DNA of 62,450 nt, counting the filler, from Stramenopiles sp. TOSAG23-3 (taxonomy: Eukaryota): NCBI GenBank assembly GCA_900128585.1. It is 8 parts of 8 records of this genome, joined end to end, with 100 filler letters (N's around TTAATTAATTAA, not from the genome) between each part and the next. Parts side by side here need not be neighbours in the genome. Positions count along the whole stretch, not along the records: positions 1 to 11,356 come from LT642743.1; positions 11,457 to 22,786 come from LT642744.1; 6 more parts are not named here. One strand, given 5' to 3'. Every line of letters starts with the position of its first letter. The first letter of the stretch is position 1. Position numbers and translations under genes: made by a program. Below, piece by piece: positions 9,001 through 15,606 of the stretch. The notes beneath the pieces are model-generated. The model did not search any database. It saw nothing but the letters and a program-made list of their open reading frames with translations, and was not told the origin of the DNA.

Positions 9001-11356
9001 CGGCGGCGGGGGCGCTTGGTGGGCCTGATGCGTTTATGGAGTTGTGAACCAGTCTCAAAACCTGGGTCCGTGGGCTGTTTGGGTGCTCGTTGATGAATTC
9101 GGCGACCGCTCGCTTATCGAGCTCAGTTTCGCTGGATGAGGAGACTACCCGAAGTGCACTACCACGTTTCAGCCCATCTGCAGCAATGTCGACAACGGCG
9201 TGCTCTTCAGAGGAAGGGCCTGCGGCAGAGGTTACCCTCAATGCTGTTCCAGCAATCAAGTTTCCGACCGAAATATCCATTCCAGTACCATTTTTCAAGT
9301 CGCCGCCTGTCACTCCAAGGAGCGTTCCCGCAGCGGCCTCTCCCGCCTGGATGCTTACTAGCTTTGCGCTGTTGGTAGTCCCACCGTTAAGCTTTCCGAC
9401 AATTTTCATGACTGTTCCATCTTTCAGGCCTGAAGCTTCAAATTTCATCAGAGTTCCATGTTGTACATCCGTAGCGTTCAGAGAAACTATCCCATTTGAA
9501 GACCCCCCTTTGGATTGGATGTCTAGAAGTTTCCCGTCGCCAGTGAGCTTCTCGCCTCCCTCAATCCTTAGAGCGGTTCCTGTCTCCAAGCTTTTCGCCC
9601 GTACATCGACTATGTTTCCGTGTTTCACATTGTTCGACGAAACGTAAAGCAAGGTGCCATCCCCCGTTGTCCCTGCCTTGGTCTCGATGGAAACTATTTT
9701 ACCCTCTGGTTCTAAGTTGTTGCCGACCGCGGTGAACAACGAGCCTTTCTCTACGGACGTCGACGACAATCTAAAAACCCCATTTGGGGAACCAGATTGA
9801 CTCTGTATGTGCACAAGGCTCGCCCCATCTTTCAAATTTGATCCGCCAACCACCTTTAATCCAACGCCATTTTCCATTTTCTCTGCATCGATCTTCAGCA
9901 GCGTGCCTTCAGTGGCGTATTGACCATCAATCAACACAAGGTTTCCATTCTCACCAAGCGCACTGGAACCTTTGACTTTCACCGCACTGCCCGACGTAAG
10001 CCCGTTGGCTTCAATGTTTAAAGCGTGGCCCGTTCGCAGATTGTTCGCCCTGATCCGTACAACGCCTTGCAAGGCCTTTGTTGTCATGGTTTCAACGTCG
10101 AGAAGAACGCCGTTTTCTGTACCGCCCTTGATTTTTAGTGCAGCCCCATTCGTCATTTGCGTGGCCAAAATTTTAACCAAAGAACCGTCTGTTTGGTGAT
10201 TCCCGTCTACTTTCATCAAAGTACCACACTCAGACGCGGAGGTACATGTTAGCGCAGATCCGTCGCCAGTAGTTATTGTCATTACGGAACCCTTTGTGAT
10301 TGATCTACCGCTCAGTTTGAAGAGGGTCCCAAGGCGCATATTGTCAGCTTTAAACAAGATCGGGTTGCTCGTCGAATCACCAGCGGATGCAGTCGTCACC
10401 TCCAACAATTTCCCCCCCCTTAGCCTAGAGCCTGACAGTATTTTTAGCAACGACCCCCCCTTCATTTTGTTCGCGGAGATAAGCACACCGTTCCCACGGC
10501 CTTCCCCGTCCAATTCAACATGCAACAAACGGCTCTGAGCCGTCATGGTATTGCTGTTTTTTACGAAAACGTGCAAACCTGTCCCGGACAGGACTTCATC
10601 AGACTCTACTCGTAACACTGTGCCGCTTGAAACGTTCCCTCCGGACAGTTTAACTGCCTCTGATGCCCCAGTCACTTGCGCCTCCACATGCAGCAGGGAA
10701 CCCCGCACAAGGTTTGCACCCCCAGTGATTTGCATTCCGGCCCCTTTTACGAGTCCCGATACGTCTAGTTTTAACCCGACCCCATTGTCCATTCCGTCCA
10801 TGTCAATGTTTAATAAGTTTCCAGCATCGGTCTGCGGCGCGGATAATCGCACAAGCGCCTGGATAGACGACAGAGTGTTCCCGTACGATATATCCACCGC
10901 TGCGTCTATGGAACTATTTCGAACGCCCTGCGCAACCACTTTCAGTGCTGTCCCAGTGCTTGTATTCAACGACACGCCTTTGCGTACAACTAATGCCCCA
11001 AAGACTTCGCTGGTTGATCCATCCGAACCTAGAATGGATGATCCTTTCACGGTTAGCGAGCCGTCGACGGTGGTCGAGTCTAACGTGCCTGTAGTAGTTA
11101 TCATGTCTAAATTACCCGTGGTAATTAACGTTCCATTCACCGCAGGCAAATAAATATCTCGGGGTAGAGAAGCCTGGTAGACTTGGAGCGAAATGGTCTC
11201 TCCGTCAACGGTTTGGAACCGCATCACTGTTCCGTTGCTTTGACTAACCACGGAACCGGAAATATGAATGCTGTCTTCCCTGTTGTTTCCCAAGTAAACC
11301 TTTCCGTTCGCACGAAACGTTTCGTTGTAGGGTATCAACATTTGCGTCCTCTCCAC
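2..11356 (-). CDS. Giant (>=3,785 aa, open at both contig ends) Gly/Ser/Thr/Asn/Val-rich beta-repeat protein with phage-tail-fibre-like motifs and tandem FCCH-like domains
   Basis: Manual translation at several points gives one consistent frame: from 11356 VERTQMLIPYNETFRANGKVYLGNNREDSIHISG..DIYLPAVNGTLITTGNL, ~8900 TLARSRSAGG..DGDMVGKISFDG, ~6800 HHLVKGDRVVIQNVIGMYEVNG, end ..LSIVEGVGA. The ORF track lists no terminated minus-strand ORF in this frame, and many of the + strand shadow ORFs across 11 kb fall in one register (start mod 3 = 0). Confidence 0.9.
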   Translation of the reverse strand, partial: MERTQMLIPYNETFRANGKVYLGNNREDSIHISGSVVSQSNGTVMRFQTVDGETISLQVYQASLPRDIYLPAVNGTLITTGNLDMITTTGTLDSTTVDGSLTVKGSSILGSDGSTSEVFGALVVRKGVSLNTSTGTALKVVAQGVRNSSIDAAVDISYGNTLSSIQALVRLSAPQTDAGNLLNIDMDGMDNGVGLKLDVSGLVKGAGMQITGGANLVRGSLLHVEAQVTGASEAVKLSGGNVSSGTVLRVESDEVLSGTGLHVFVKNSNTMTAQSRLLHVELDGEGRGNGVLISANKMKGGSLLKILSGSRLRGGKLLEVTTASAGDSTSNPILFKADNMRLGTLFKLSGRSITKGSVMTITTGDGSALTCTSASECGTLMKVDGNHQTDGSLVKILATQMTNGAALKIKGGTENGVLLDVETMTTKALQGVVRIRANNLRTGHALNIEANGLTSGSAVKVKGSSALGENGNLVLIDGQYATEGTLLKIDAEKMENGVGLKVVGGSNLKDGASLVHIQSQSGSPNGVFRLSSTSVEKGSLFTAVGNNLEPEGKIVSIETKAGTTGDGTLLYVSSNNVKHGNIVDVRAKSLETGTALRIEGGEKLTGDGKLLDIQSKGGSSNGIVSLNATDVQHGTLMKFEASGLKDGTVMKIVGKLNGGTTNSAKLVSIQAGEAAAGTLLGVTGGDLKNGTGMDISVGNLIAGTALRVTSAAGPSSEEHAVVDIAADGLKRGSALRVVSSSSETELDKRAVAEFINEHPNSPRTQVLRLVHNSINASGPPSAPAAALAIETFSSEGIFLHAKTNDANDAAHMTLARSRSAGGAIASTIDGDMVGKISFDGLLSNSSNASSSKVFVRQSVAAIESFVQQSKSATNKFTGGKLTFKTKAPGWDEPMEHMTLNNGNEMILGNGQSNNAFIIRRAEPKVTNFFQHGVGSKTIIKGQDAVIGKGGDISIVAGNAGGSNRTGGSIVIRPGSPSSGYNSGNNETASGAGGTVDFLDEGGDVRLQVANDSLVINTPIIDLTAQATTIQIRDHETSSLSFSAEEDPLINFDTVSGVVEINGALSVQGTIREMPCKIKMENNNHNLVGSKCEKNSLIVLESSGEANTLYLPPVSTVKGGWRITIVADKNYEGFKLSVSPGSTSESINAESALTVVKEVNIIDCITVNDDSKWVCEQRNSDGQVKSSGKSGGDFSDINVKGQLKLEGGLIKFEGTQASDGASIIVPGNSYNAFRYSTSGTAIRHISKAETAKVDTSPARHNLVNGEFVIMENVQGMPQVNNRIFQITKYNETQFYLDGFDSTSSDPFVSGVVHKLMLNINTKTENERIDVMSSLKIRDKATFLRDLEFKGIDQKIKFNGPATIELKGGEESAFQIAWADAFAAVSASVSASPKLPQMTTYANHELAQLDTVMLAGVRGFTDLNAAESIITVVSPKTIEFSTCYSKYAKFDDFNKWKKPANSYNCFERNNTPGEGVGGFAGVIDRRLVLDISSISRENVPKIITTLEHHLVKGDRVVIQNVIGMYEVNGESFDIDLADGDRYSFKLNMGGSGTSNYNLYDSRGKVVVMKANATTIYPIANLTNNGNNVRKVEFKDAAHLNNLKIGDVISFADLSCNNHLNGVRFSVESNSSEWLLVRSRWGEDDDKFASCGKNMTGKLIKLTSKIIELAEGLRQFTGTDSKAHFRAHRLRHSFLVDDELVVQGATGNANVLNGATMFVSNVENTNEFVLSHEPPLSLVGTHPYSGRMKLLKVNKQASVSVETITRNTKGGINVHTLTKEGVGHKYQAGDRVVLSGLFGIPSTEWNTTFVYTFQPTIQMLKGDSIGLTMDAFSIFTTTPYINYRTTVCPGVQRFNLTWDPEQRVANITIWRGVLESHQTCKIAIIGPQTPSKALGAALKVISVKSSIGNRTFSLQADLSTRVGNPIFINRLHTGDGDEYFVEKNKSLTLHYTFAVGKDLPASTKVVLCLPGFQSDFSANVNTTGCGSVSLEWDKARACLNATFSGVLKALQVCQLSFHLSTSPNASQPENYAERTVAIYSSTSTNSEIATMPVKYSPPVGLSAIATRLVVRNPRVNSPTNILLQFTLTRRLSEVGQIEISLPQFSSSLAGIKFDPSNSECGNTTWSVEWLAGSSIVRLNRASGSVDQGNECKLAIRDLVTPKQPQAPNDNHRKLVIKALAGTSTLFSGAIETSTAIGSILLKNTLELLTGENSSDIRAEQKVRVRYTFASSSNVGVHDEIRILLPGFTTEGIPSIFTQTPDDCQGIKWQLTTEIASDILNISFVLSSLSTVTFLPARTDCVLNVENITSSQAAQPRNHAERKVEIRSDSEVSVRVPITPIETSPSVGLLFSPNTLHIQGPYLKILNGQEFEIETVTKNTFSLVNSSSVPAFEQLTAGFEGNILSDWYQPFSGRVIRTRASALTIESTASKPGVRVAPDIEIVGSTTLHGEVVFAGGENGPGIEPIVMKTNTVIQIPEQLDPAFQIGTKHLPGILSFSTALDDEQVQVNGTLSVNGDTVVSGSLTVQDRLVIQGGGIDLSQTGQGTDVKIRNLDPTSVEFGAESKPGLLTLDTINDRTIVRGALYVAGMLNVPPIPIAFNKSVAYIPPNASTVTVVSKNSRNRLFLPFLGQTSNVHIANISDATKTLTLNETSHDFVVGDHVVILGSFCSLSMRGMVYKISALGDSRRTAGLVLLDGSSIATTFETATVHEGQLACRLTRSLVGQAGHKITIIADKSPGTFTGYFLMPRANNVINNHYTLEKGGMRIGFSTPVVECVSTDGDTNWMCTKHNDRGDPQFSGLTPGYFTGLTTSENVTINSGYVDFSHATGAATMNLHHGGLVVNGEKSNSRIEEGTALLLKANNILDGVAHAIHVGNLTTGTALGIYNNPGLGQIAISFSPQTVLRSGDVINVSSSIDVFEHHAVAKSVSCVVTNNGVSLESYSEVSGGNILSVRVLQDVVPGYEVVIACSSNLRINYYGNVEFSIYTSANPTILSNLKGYTIDDPNSVDVKNISRQGSYVLGVTGGPVVFEFIPRHTIPASGQMNVTASPGISLGGDNVTCTINGGDVSRSSISRNESSEVLIVHIASVLKRGELVKLVCDSSNTTHTSAGPVHFDVVSSSHAVPNSKTAAYAIKQTNSVTGAQVSRSTTYTSKLHGGDIIFSFTVETTLVQGDDIFFEPTSDPIFLEDGNIFCTLMHGKYNVPFLDARISSGKLTIRVGSSKIMAGSNLLVQCSNNLRANSDQHSTATFQIWSSKNLIPVQAKYDITDYYSVVWKRAHRSISYIGGNALGDLTVEFTPSRSLKIGHDITIGSNFAIFQNDSDIGNCTVSTDGKTVIGASSYPNSSTLVVSLFGNVVGGKLASVVCPSNTTYSNSGPTTFSIYTTVDYVPLTNQAGYKIQSQNSVVWGSAVHSPWETLTTGKLLDIKTTAVNAENPVLVSAISMKTGDIAVIKGDGLTSGSALKLVSSGSSMNNNGGSMLKIEANKQGSGNMLDVRANSLKDGNGIYVSSSSSGESSTGALIKAEGSSASETSLQMIRLVQMGNISAGNYFQPPAAVAIESRLDEVFFARVASSNAGSMGATIVLSRDRNETDPTGIPTPSQNGDAVGTIKFDGFNSSSRASVSRIVGRVQDNTNGLMGGKLSFFTADSTGVLKSRIALNNDDTMDIGEDKDFTIKRPQMASNGSASSFKIIGQSASNTSSNGNGGSVNILPGKSSGTGEVGKINLQDQHGNDILSVYKTPTTITPLTSTLEITSAYVQLNRGKIMDVSKGILRLSKSQKLSIVEGVGA

Positions 11357-11456
11357 NNNNNNNNNNNNNNNNNNNNNNNNNNNNNNNNNNNNNNNNNNNN
11401 TTAATTAATTAANNNNNNNNNNNNNNNNNNNNNNNNNNNNNNNNNNNNNNNNNNNN
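11357..11456. other. Artificial contig spacer (44 N + TTAATTAATTAA + 44 N); identical spacers at 22787-22886, 34212-34311, 45615-45714, 56978-57077, 58804-58903, 60628-60727
   Basis: Identical 100-nt structure seen seven times. The linker has stops in all six frames, and contigs are ordered by decreasing length. Confidence 0.98.
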
Positions 11457-13222
11457 TTCTCCACCGAAAGCAAAAAATGAACCATGTGGGCGTTGATGGC
11501 GTTCTTTTTTTTGTACTTTTCGCGCGACCGTTCGGTCATTTTCCGACCTTTCTCGATCCAATCCATAAACTCTTTTTCTTCTAAGACTCCGTTCTTGTTC
11601 AAGTCCAGCATTCCCAAGACTTTTTCTGCGGTTTTGACGGACATGTTGTGGTCTGTGATAGCTTGCCCTGGCATATGGATCATCAGCAGCTCCGTCATCA
11701 TGGCCGCTAACTCGTCAACATCTATGTGCTTGTCATCGTCAACGTCGTACTTTTGAAAGATGTTGCGGATTCCGAGCTTGATCGGGTCAAGGTCCTGCGT
11801 CTCCGCCAGGCTCTCAATTTTTTCCAGCAGCCGGACCAAACGGGCCTTTTCAGGGGACTTTCCCCGGAACTCTTCCCTTTGCTCTTTGGTAAGTTCGCCG
11901 CCCTTGCGAACCCAGGCGTAGAACTCGTCCTCCTCCAACAGCCCGTTGCCGTCCAAGTCGAATATTGCCATGATCTTTTTCGAGGCTGCCACGGAGGTGT
12001 TGTGGTCGCCCAGCTCCCCAGTCATTTCTGTTATCAGCGCTTGAAGCTCCGCCTCGGTGATGTGCCCGTCCTCGTCAATGTCGTAGTCCATAAAGGTCTT
12101 GTGCACTGCTGATTCAACGGGCTTCAACTGGTTCATCCACACTTCTGTAGCTTCCAAATACTTTACCAGCAGCGCCCGGGCCGTCGACTTTTTCCCAAAG
12201 GCGATTCTTTTTTCCGAGGACATCGTCAACCCCTCGTTCACCCACGTCACAAACTCCGCCTCATCCAACTTGCCGTTTTGATCGTTGTCGAGGATTTTCA
12301 TGACCTGCTTTGCGGGTTCCACCAACTGCTCTTTGGTGACTTTCATGGCCCCGTACTTGTTTATCGTCTCCATCATCATGACGACGAGCTCCTTGTCGTC
12401 TATGAACAGGTCCCCGTCGTTGTCGTAGTTCATGAAGATGCTGTGCAGAAGCCTTTGGTACTGCTCTCTTCGTCCAGCCTTTTGCCCAACCGCAGGGGTC
12501 GCCAGCTTCACAATGGTGCCTTCGTCCTTCAAGGTCTTGTTCATTTCTAGCTCGCAGGCCTCGAGAAAGTACACCAGGCCCTTGCGGTCGTCTCCTTTCT
12601 TTGAGAATACGTTGCGCTGCTCCACGGTCATCGTGAGGCCTTTTCGAATCCAATCTACGAATTCGTTCTTTTCGACGGTGCCATTCTTGTTTTCGTCCAA
12701 AGCATCCATCGCAAGCTTGGCCGCAGAGCGGGTCGCGTCTATGCTCGGGAGACCGCGGTTGTGTATGGTCCCGAGCTCAACGATCATCGCAGTGAGCTCA
12801 TCCAGGTCGATGTGCCCGTTGTGGTCGATGTCGTACTCCTCGAAGACACGGTTCACTGCGGACTCGACGGCAGCGGACGGTATAGTCTTCTCCAGCGCGC
12901 TGATGAACATGACAAGGTCCGCCCGCTCTGGGGCAGATTTCGCAAACTTTTCGCGCTTTTCCATCGTCAGGCTGACGCCTTTCTTGGTCCACGCAACGAA
13001 CTCGTGCAGCTCGATCATCCCGTTGGTGTTCGTGTCCAACGCGTTTAGGACCAGCTTGGCCGCTTTCTTCGGAGCGTTCAACGCCTTTGCGTTGGTCTCT
13101 TTTCGCAAAGTCTCCATCATTTTCACGAGCTCTGCAATGGTAATGTGCCCGTCACCGTCGACGTCAAACTTATTGAAAAAAGCTGTGATGGCATCTGAAA
13201 AAGTAGCAGCGGTGGCGGACAT
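11457..13222 (-). CDS. Multi-EF-hand calcium-binding protein (>=10 EF-hands in 5 tandem modules), 3'-truncated by contig end
   Basis: Loops DVDGDGHITIAEL, DTNTNGMIELHEF, DIDHNGHIDLDEL, DENKNGTVEKNEF, DNDGDLFIDDKEL, DNDQNGKLDEAEF, DIDEDGHITEAEL, DLDGNGLLEEDEF, DVDDDKHIDVDEL, DLNKNGVLEEKEF. Confidence 0.92.
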
Positions 13223-14001
13223 GTTTCAGAAAGAAGGGTAGAGACGACGTACGTATTGACTGGGGTATCGTTCGTTCGTCCGTTCGTCCGTTTGGTTCGG
13301 TCCGGTCGGGGGAGGGAGGGTTGGTGTATATATATACACTACACTTAATACTCCGGCAAGGAATGAAGAGTGAAAGGAAATATGGTTATCCAATTAAATT
13401 CTATCTCTCTCTTACACACATACACAATCGAACATACACACACACACACTTTTTACCATTTGATTAAATGAAAACAAAAAAAGTCAATTCCTTTGAGTGA
13501 GTCTATAAATTTATTTGTCTTCTTAGAAAATTCAATACTATGTCTATGTTAAATTGATAACGAATTTCTGAAACGAATTAATACTTGTATTATTTATACT
13601 TATAAATAATATACTCTTAGAATACAATAATGTTTTCTATTAAATCCAAATGATCTCTTCTATAAATAGCAAAAGGAGTTACAAAAATTATTAAAATTTT
13701 GGATTTGATTAAATTTAAGATTTTTAGTTTGTATTTGAAAGAGACCACCACCGGCGGCGGCGAAAAAAAAAATAAATAAAAGAATAACAAAAAGAAATCA
13801 ATAAGGATGATGCTGTGTGGTGTATTTTACATAGGACGTATTTTTGTTAAAAAAAAAAAGAAGAAGAAATACCACAATTATTTCTTGGTATAAAATATAT
13901 TATAGATAAAGATGGTGGTGTGCCCCTTTTGTACTATATTAATTTTTTAAATTTTTATTATTATAAAAATTATATCGGGATCGTGAACTGTACGAACGAT
14001 T

Positions 14002-14038
<37 letters not shown>

Positions 14039-14137
14039 GTGAGTGAGTGTATTTGTTTTAAATTAAAGAATGTTATTTAAACAAAGCAAAAACAAGGAAA
14101 ACAAACGAAACGAAACATCGACAATACATAATATTTT

Positions 14138-15370
14138 ATGTTGAAACAACGAAACATTGCAAACGAAGAAAACCACCCGAAGAAGAAAACCGCAATGGCC
14201 ACATGCGCAGCGAAACATGTACCCCACCTGGGTGAAAAGGAGGGGAAACAATTGACTAGGTTGGAAAAGTTAAAAGAAAATAGTGGGGATGCTGCTACCC
14301 AAGCTACTCTTGACGAGGCCATGGCGCAAATCCAAGCGACGAGGGCTTCCTTAGCCAAGACTCAAAAGACTCTTGACAACGCTCGTGAGCAGAGTGCTAA
14401 GATTCTAGAGCAGTCCGCGAGCATTGAGGAAAGATGGGCGGAATTCCAAAGAGCCTTCGACGAGATGAACAAAAAAATGGTTGAAAACATCGCTGCATCA
14501 CTTGGGGGGACTCACATAAGCCGCACGGGGATAAAGCATGAGCGTATTCCAGCAAAAGATTGCGTATCAATGATCAAGAACGCAAAGTCCATTGTTGTTA
14601 TGACAGGAGCAGGGATAAGCGTCGACAGTGGCATACCAACGTACCGTGGATCAGATGGGTATTGGACGAAGGGAAGCAACAACTACCGTGCACAGGAAGT
14701 GGCAACACGGCGTTTTTTTCGCGAAAAGCCAGAGGAGCAGTGGGAGTACATGTTTGAGCGCTACCAAAACATGAGTACGGCAAAGCCGAACCCGGGGCAC
14801 CACTCGCTCGTAGCATTGGAGCAGTACTGCAAACAAAACAAGAAAAGTTTTTGTTTAATTTCACAAAATATCGATAATTTGCACAGAAGATCCGGTTCTC
14901 AAAATATTTGCGAAATCCACGGGAATATGAGCTTTGCACGTTGCTCCAACAGCGATTGCCACGAGTGGGAAAAGTGCGTCAAATTTCCTACCCCACCCAA
15001 GAAAGGGAATGATAAGTACGTCCCGAAATGCAAGGCGTGCAGTGCAAACTTACGACCGAACGTTCTTTTTTTTGACGAGAGCTACAGCGAGAAACTGTAC
15101 AAATTGAAATCTGCAATCGCGGCTGTTGAGAAAGCGGACGTGTTCCTGGTGATAGGCACAACGTACCAGACCAACCTTCCATTACGATTGCTGAACATTG
15201 CAAACACGAGCGGGGCCAAAATTATTGACATCAACCCAAACTTAAACGACGACGTGGCAGTGTGCAAGCTGAAGCAGGTGAAAGAAACATCGACAGAGTT
15301 TTTGGAGAAAACAATGGACGCTTTGTTGAAAAAAAGTGGGGTGAACGGGAGAAGAAGAAGAAAAAAATAA
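14138..15370 (+). CDS. Sir2-family NAD-dependent deacylase with N-terminal coiled coil (start may be ATG 14195)
   Basis: GAGISVDSGIPTYRG, PNPGH, SQNIDNLH, EIHG, two Cys pairs for Zn, LRPNVLFFDE, VIGT, DINP. Confidence 0.93.
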   Translation: MLKQRNIANEENHPKKKTAMATCAAKHVPHLGEKEGKQLTRLEKLKENSGDAATQATLDEAMAQIQATRASLAKTQKTLDNAREQSAKILEQSASIEERWAEFQRAFDEMNKKMVENIAASLGGTHISRTGIKHERIPAKDCVSMIKNAKSIVVMTGAGISVDSGIPTYRGSDGYWTKGSNNYRAQEVATRRFFREKPEEQWEYMFERYQNMSTAKPNPGHHSLVALEQYCKQNKKSFCLISQNIDNLHRRSGSQNICEIHGNMSFARCSNSDCHEWEKCVKFPTPPKKGNDKYVPKCKACSANLRPNVLFFDESYSEKLYKLKSAIAAVEKADVFLVIGTTYQTNLPLRLLNIANTSGAKIIDINPNLNDDVAVCKLKQVKETSTEFLEKTMDALLKKSGVNGRRRRKK

Positions 15371-15606
15371 AAGAGAGAAGGTAAATAAACACACCACGCA
15401 GGAGGAACACCCCGTAGTTTTGTGGGTACACCGGCGGGCGGGAGGGGGGTTGCAATTCATTGTACAGTGTAATATAATTAAAAAGGCCAGTGTATTATTT
15501 GTTTTTTAGTTTAATTTTAATTAAAATTCCACATTTTTTGTACAAAACAAAAGTTTTTAAAAACAACCAATTTTTTGTCAATTAAAAATTTACACGACGC
15601 GCCGAA

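Noticed and set aside
357-11404. Dozens of short + strand ORFs in contig 1
   Set aside because: They are antisense shadows of the giant minus-strand ORF.
11357-11456. Recurrent palindromic TTAATTAATTAA flanked by Ns, resembling a repeat array
   Set aside because: It is an artificial six-frame-stop contig linker.
14138-15370. Sirtuin as a prokaryotic anti-phage (Thoeris/DSR-type) effector
   Set aside because: It has the Zn-binding insert and motifs of a classical deacylase, sits in a eukaryotic context, and has no partner defence genes.
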